From contig CAVQYR010000001.1 of NCBI GenBank assembly GCA_963718235.1, positions 672,001 to 736,000 on the forward strand: a stretch of DNA of 64,000 bases, read 5' to 3'. Under the pieces are notes generated by a model. It did not search any database, had not been told where the DNA came from, and saw nothing but the letters and a program-made list of their open reading frames with translations. The DNA is from an uncultured Actinomycetota bacterium (GTDB lineage: Bacteria; Actinomycetota; Actinomycetes; JAHEKZ01). Made by a program: the position numbers and the translations under genes. Positions within the stretch are counted from its first letter, which is position 1; every line of letters begins with the position of its first letter. This document shows positions 60,954 through 64,000 of this stretch, in pieces.

Positions 60954-61961
60954 TCAGCTGGACGCCGGTGGCGTCGTCTGCAACGCCAGGCGTGCGACGA
61001 GCTCGGCGCCGTCGGTCTCGCCGGTCTCGGTGAACCCGAGGGAGGCGTACAGCCCGCGCGCCACCGTGTTGGCCGGGTCGTAGCTCAGCGCCACCGAAGG
61101 CCTGGACCCCGACCTGGCGCGTCCGACCAGCGCCTCGACGGTCGCGCGTCCGATCCCACGCCCTTGCGAGGCTGCGTCGACCACGAGACCGCCGATCCAG
61201 TACGAGTCGTCGGCCGGGTCGACCGCCTCCATCGCGAACCCGACGACGCCACCCTCGGCCTGGACGGCGAGGGGCCGCCACGGCCCGGCGTCATAGGCGC
61301 ACATCGCCAGGTACCGGGTCACTGGCGCCACGAAGGCCCGCTGCTCGTCGTGCACGTCGAGCTCGGCCACGGACCGCCAGTTGTCCGAGGTCACGTCGGT
61401 GACCGTCACCACGGCCACCCGCCCCCTGTGCGTGGACCCGGGCCGGGACTCGCGCGGCTCGGGGTCGACGACGTACTCCATGAGCAGTCCGTCGAGCCAG
61501 GTCCCGCGCGTGGGGTGGTACTGGTAGCAGCGCATCACGCCGACCTCCCGGAAGCCGCAGCGTCGGTAGCATGCGATCGCGCGCGTGTTGCTCGCCGCCG
61601 GGTCGATCACGACGCGGTGGTGCCCGACCCCGCGGACCAGGTGCTCGAGCAGCGTGGTCACCGTCTCCTGTCCCAGCCCTTGCCCGTGGTACTGCTCGGC
61701 GAGGAAGAGGTCGATGCCGGCATGACGGAACTCGGAGTTGTCGCTGTCGTACCACTGGACGAACCCGGCGACCTGGCCGTCCACGTGCACGGTGTAGCTG
61801 TGCACTCCCGCCTCGCCGAGCGGCCACGCGTCGTCCTTGGGCTCGTCCCACCACATAGCGACGACGGGGGAGCTGCGGATGGCTCGCACTGCGGCTCGGT
61901 CGGTGTCGGTGACCGGCCGGAGCAGGACCCGTTGCCCACGCAGCTCCTCGTCGACCGTCAT
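60954..61961 (-). CDS. Two-domain GNAT acetyltransferase
   Basis: Domain 1 GIDLFL..YHGQGLG, IDPAASNTRAIACYRRCGF; domain 2 DNWRSVAELDV..EQRAFVAP, SQGRGIG, NTVARGLYASLGF. Confidence 0.85.
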   Translation of the reverse strand: MTVDEELRGQRVLLRPVTDTDRAAVRAIRSSPVVAMWWDEPKDDAWPLGEAGVHSYTVHVDGQVAGFVQWYDSDNSEFRHAGIDLFLAEQYHGQGLGQETVTTLLEHLVRGVGHHRVVIDPAASNTRAIACYRRCGFREVGVMRCYQYHPTRGTWLDGLLMEYVVDPEPRESRPGSTHRGRVAVVTVTDVTSDNWRSVAELDVHDEQRAFVAPVTRYLAMCAYDAGPWRPLAVQAEGGVVGFAMEAVDPADDSYWIGGLVVDAASQGRGIGRATVEALVGRARSGSRPSVALSYDPANTVARGLYASLGFTETGETDGAELVARLALQTTPPASS

Positions 61962-61979
61962 GACTGACAGGATGCCCCC
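61962..61979. promoter_or_regulatory. Candidate bidirectional leaderless promoter
   Basis: 18 bp between divergent ATGs; overlapping CAGGAT (+) and CATCCT (-) hexamers 6-7 nt before each ATG. Confidence 0.5.
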
Positions 61980-62357
61980 ATGATCGTGGGGATCGGTATC
62001 GATGTGGTCGATGTGGCCAGGTTCGGGGCCACGCTCGAGCGGACCCCCCGGCTGCGGGACCGGCTCTTCGCCGTCGACGAGCGGCAGCTGCCTCTGGCCT
62101 CCCTGGCGGCGCGGTTCGCGGCCAAGGAGGCGATGGCCAAGGCCCTGGGTGCCCCGGTCGGCCTGCACTGGCACGACTGTCGGATCGTCAACGCTGACGG
62201 CGGGCGCCCACACCTGGTGCTGACCGGCACCGTCGCGGCAGCGGCCAGCAGGCTGGGGGCGACGTCGTACCACCTGTCGCTCAGCCACGACGCCGGAATC
62301 GCCTCGGCGGTCGTGGTCGCCGAGTCCGAAGGGGGCAGCCGTGCGCCCGGCTCATGA
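61980..62357 (+). CDS. acpS: Holo-ACP synthase
   Basis: [29 protein letters not shown]. Confidence 0.95.
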   Translation: MIVGIGIDVVDVARFGATLERTPRLRDRLFAVDERQLPLASLAARFAAKEAMAKALGAPVGLHWHDCRIVNADGGRPHLVLTGTVAAAASRLGATSYHLSLSHDAGIASAVVVAESEGGSRAPGS

Positions 62358-63810
62358 CGTCGCGGCCGTGCGGGCCGCCGAGGCCGGCCTGATGGCCCAG
62401 GTCCCCGGCAGCGTCCTGATGGACCGTGCGGCGACCGGGCTGGCTCGGACCTGCGCTGCCGCCCTGGCCGGCACGGGTGGCGTTTACGGCTCGCGCGTCG
62501 CCGTGCTCGTGGGCGGCGGCAACAACGGCGGCGACGCCCTGTTCGCGGCAGCAGCCCTGGCCGGTCGAGGGGCCAAGGTCGTCGCCCTGCCCGTTGCCGA
62601 CCAGGTTCACGAGCCTGGCCGCCGGGCACTGCTCGCGGCGGGGGGTCGTCTGGTGACCGACGCGATCGAGCAGGACGAGGCAGTGGCCGGCGCGGACCTC
62701 GTGCTCGACGGGATGCTGGGGATCGGAGGGCATGGGGGCCTTCGAGGGCGGGCCGCCGACCTGGCCGAGGCGGCGTCGTCGTCGTCGGCGGTGGTGGTGG
62801 CGGCCGACCTGCCGAGCGGTGTCGAAGCCGACACCGGGGCGGTCCCCGGTGTGGCCGTCTGGGCCGACCTCACCGTGACCTTCGGCACCCTCAAGCCCGG
62901 TCTCCTCCTGACACCGGCAGCGCTGCACGTCGGCCTGCTCGAGCTGGTCGACATCGGCCTGCGCCCCTTCCTGCCCGAGGCGGCGGTGCACGAGCTGGAC
63001 GCCGACGACGTGGTCTCGCTGTGGCCGTCACCACACCCCAACGACGACAAGTACTCCCAGGGCGTGGTCGGGATCGCGGCCGGGTCGGCGCGCTACCCGG
63101 GCGCCGCCGTGCTTGCGGTGGCCGGGGCCGCCCACGCCAGGGCCGGACTCGTGCGCTATGCCGGACCGGTCGCCGAGGAGGTCGTACGGGCCTGGCCGCA
63201 GGTGGTGGTCTTCGACGGGCTGCCGTCGCAGGCCGGCCAGGTGCAGGCGTGGGTGGTCGGGCCGGGGATCGGCGTCGACGCGGCGGCCGAGCAGCGCGTC
63301 GACGACGCCCTCGCCCAGCCGGTGCCGCTCCTCGTCGACGCAGACGGCCTGACCGTGCTCGCCCAGCGGCTCGCCGGCGACCCCGACCTGCTGCGGGCGC
63401 GGCCCGCCGCCACCGTGCTGACCCCGCACGCGGGAGAGCTGGCCCGGCTCGCACCCGACCTGGACCCCCAGGGCGACCGCCTGGCCGCTGCGCGCGCGCT
63501 CGCCTCGCGCACCGGCGCCACAGTGCTGCTCAAGGGCTTCACCACGGTGGTCGCAGAGCCGGAGGGGTCCGTGGTCGTCAATGCCACGGGCACACCGTGG
63601 CTGGCCGAGGGCGGTACCGGAGACGTGCTCGCCGGCGTCGTCGGGAGCCTGCTGGCGGCCGGGCTCGACCCGTTGGCCGCCGCCGCTGCGGCCGCGTTCG
63701 TCCACGGTCTCGCCGGACGGGTCGCGTCCGACGGAGCCGCGACGACTCCGCTCGCCGTGGCGGCCGCCCTGCCGACGGCCGTGCGCATGCTCCGCACGTC
63801 TGCGAGGTGA
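62341..63810 (+). CDS. nnr: Bifunctional NAD(P)H-hydrate epimerase/dehydratase
   Basis: [41 protein letters not shown]. Confidence 0.93.
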   Translation: MRPAHDVAAVRAAEAGLMAQVPGSVLMDRAATGLARTCAAALAGTGGVYGSRVAVLVGGGNNGGDALFAAAALAGRGAKVVALPVADQVHEPGRRALLAAGGRLVTDAIEQDEAVAGADLVLDGMLGIGGHGGLRGRAADLAEAASSSSAVVVAADLPSGVEADTGAVPGVAVWADLTVTFGTLKPGLLLTPAALHVGLLELVDIGLRPFLPEAAVHELDADDVVSLWPSPHPNDDKYSQGVVGIAAGSARYPGAAVLAVAGAAHARAGLVRYAGPVAEEVVRAWPQVVVFDGLPSQAGQVQAWVVGPGIGVDAAAEQRVDDALAQPVPLLVDADGLTVLAQRLAGDPDLLRARPAATVLTPHAGELARLAPDLDPQGDRLAAARALASRTGATVLLKGFTTVVAEPEGSVVVNATGTPWLAEGGTGDVLAGVVGSLLAAGLDPLAAAAAAAFVHGLAGRVASDGAATTPLAVAAALPTAVRMLRTSAR

Positions 63811-63823
63811 AAGACTCACCGAC

Positions 63824-64000
63824 GTGAGTGAGCACGTGCGTGAGGCGGTCATCGACCTGGACGCCGTGCGTGACAACACCGCCGAGCTCACCCGTCGGGC
63901 GAACCGGGCCGGCGTGATGGCCGTGGTCAAGGCCGACGCCTACGGGCACGGACTCGTCCCGTGTGCCCGAGCGGCGGTCAGCGGAGGTGCCTCGTGGCTC
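63824..64000 (+). CDS. alr: Alanine racemase, 3'-truncated by window edge
   Basis: Hand-translated: IDLDAVRDN...MAVVKADAYGHG PLP-lysine motif. Confidence 0.93.
   Translation, partial: MSEHVREAVIDLDAVRDNTAELTRRANRAGVMAVVKADAYGHGLVPCARAAVSGGASWL

Overview
High-GC actinobacterial chromosome segment (Streptomyces/Frankia-like gene order) covering the core transcription-translation supercluster. In order: the nuoL-M-N tail, htpX, yajQ, tRNA-Tyr/Thr/Met, rpmG, an SDR, a MaoC dehydratase pair, murB, add, an aminotransferase, tRNA-Trp, secE-nusG-rplKAJL, rpoBC, the str, S10, spc and alpha operons, truA, rplM-rpsI, glmM, glmS, acpS, nnr and the start of alr. No rRNA, CRISPR, integrase or transposase is visible. 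The best candidate for an under-described system is a five-gene sulfur cassette at about 11.8-15.2 kb. It encodes an Xis/HTH_17-PocR-like Cys-containing regulator, a type III-like sulfide:quinone oxidoreductase, DUF1641, a single-Cys TusE/DsrC-like carrier and a DsrE2-like protein. Its promoter holds a CsoR/CstR-like G/C-tract palindrome and seven phased 9-bp repeats. Other signals: a 35-nt motif shared by the rpsL and rpsJ leaders; a TauE exporter with its own promoter and operator inserted between map and infA; an orphan sulfotransferase; a 14-bp VNTR before an orphan carbamate kinase; an inverted-repeat element overlapping the rplA stop; and a bidirectional leaderless promoter at acpS. Six conserved genes (the aminotransferase, rpsN, rpsH, rpmJ, rpoA, rplQ) carry single-base indels, most likely assembly errors. 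All family assignments come from motif recognition by eye, not database searches.
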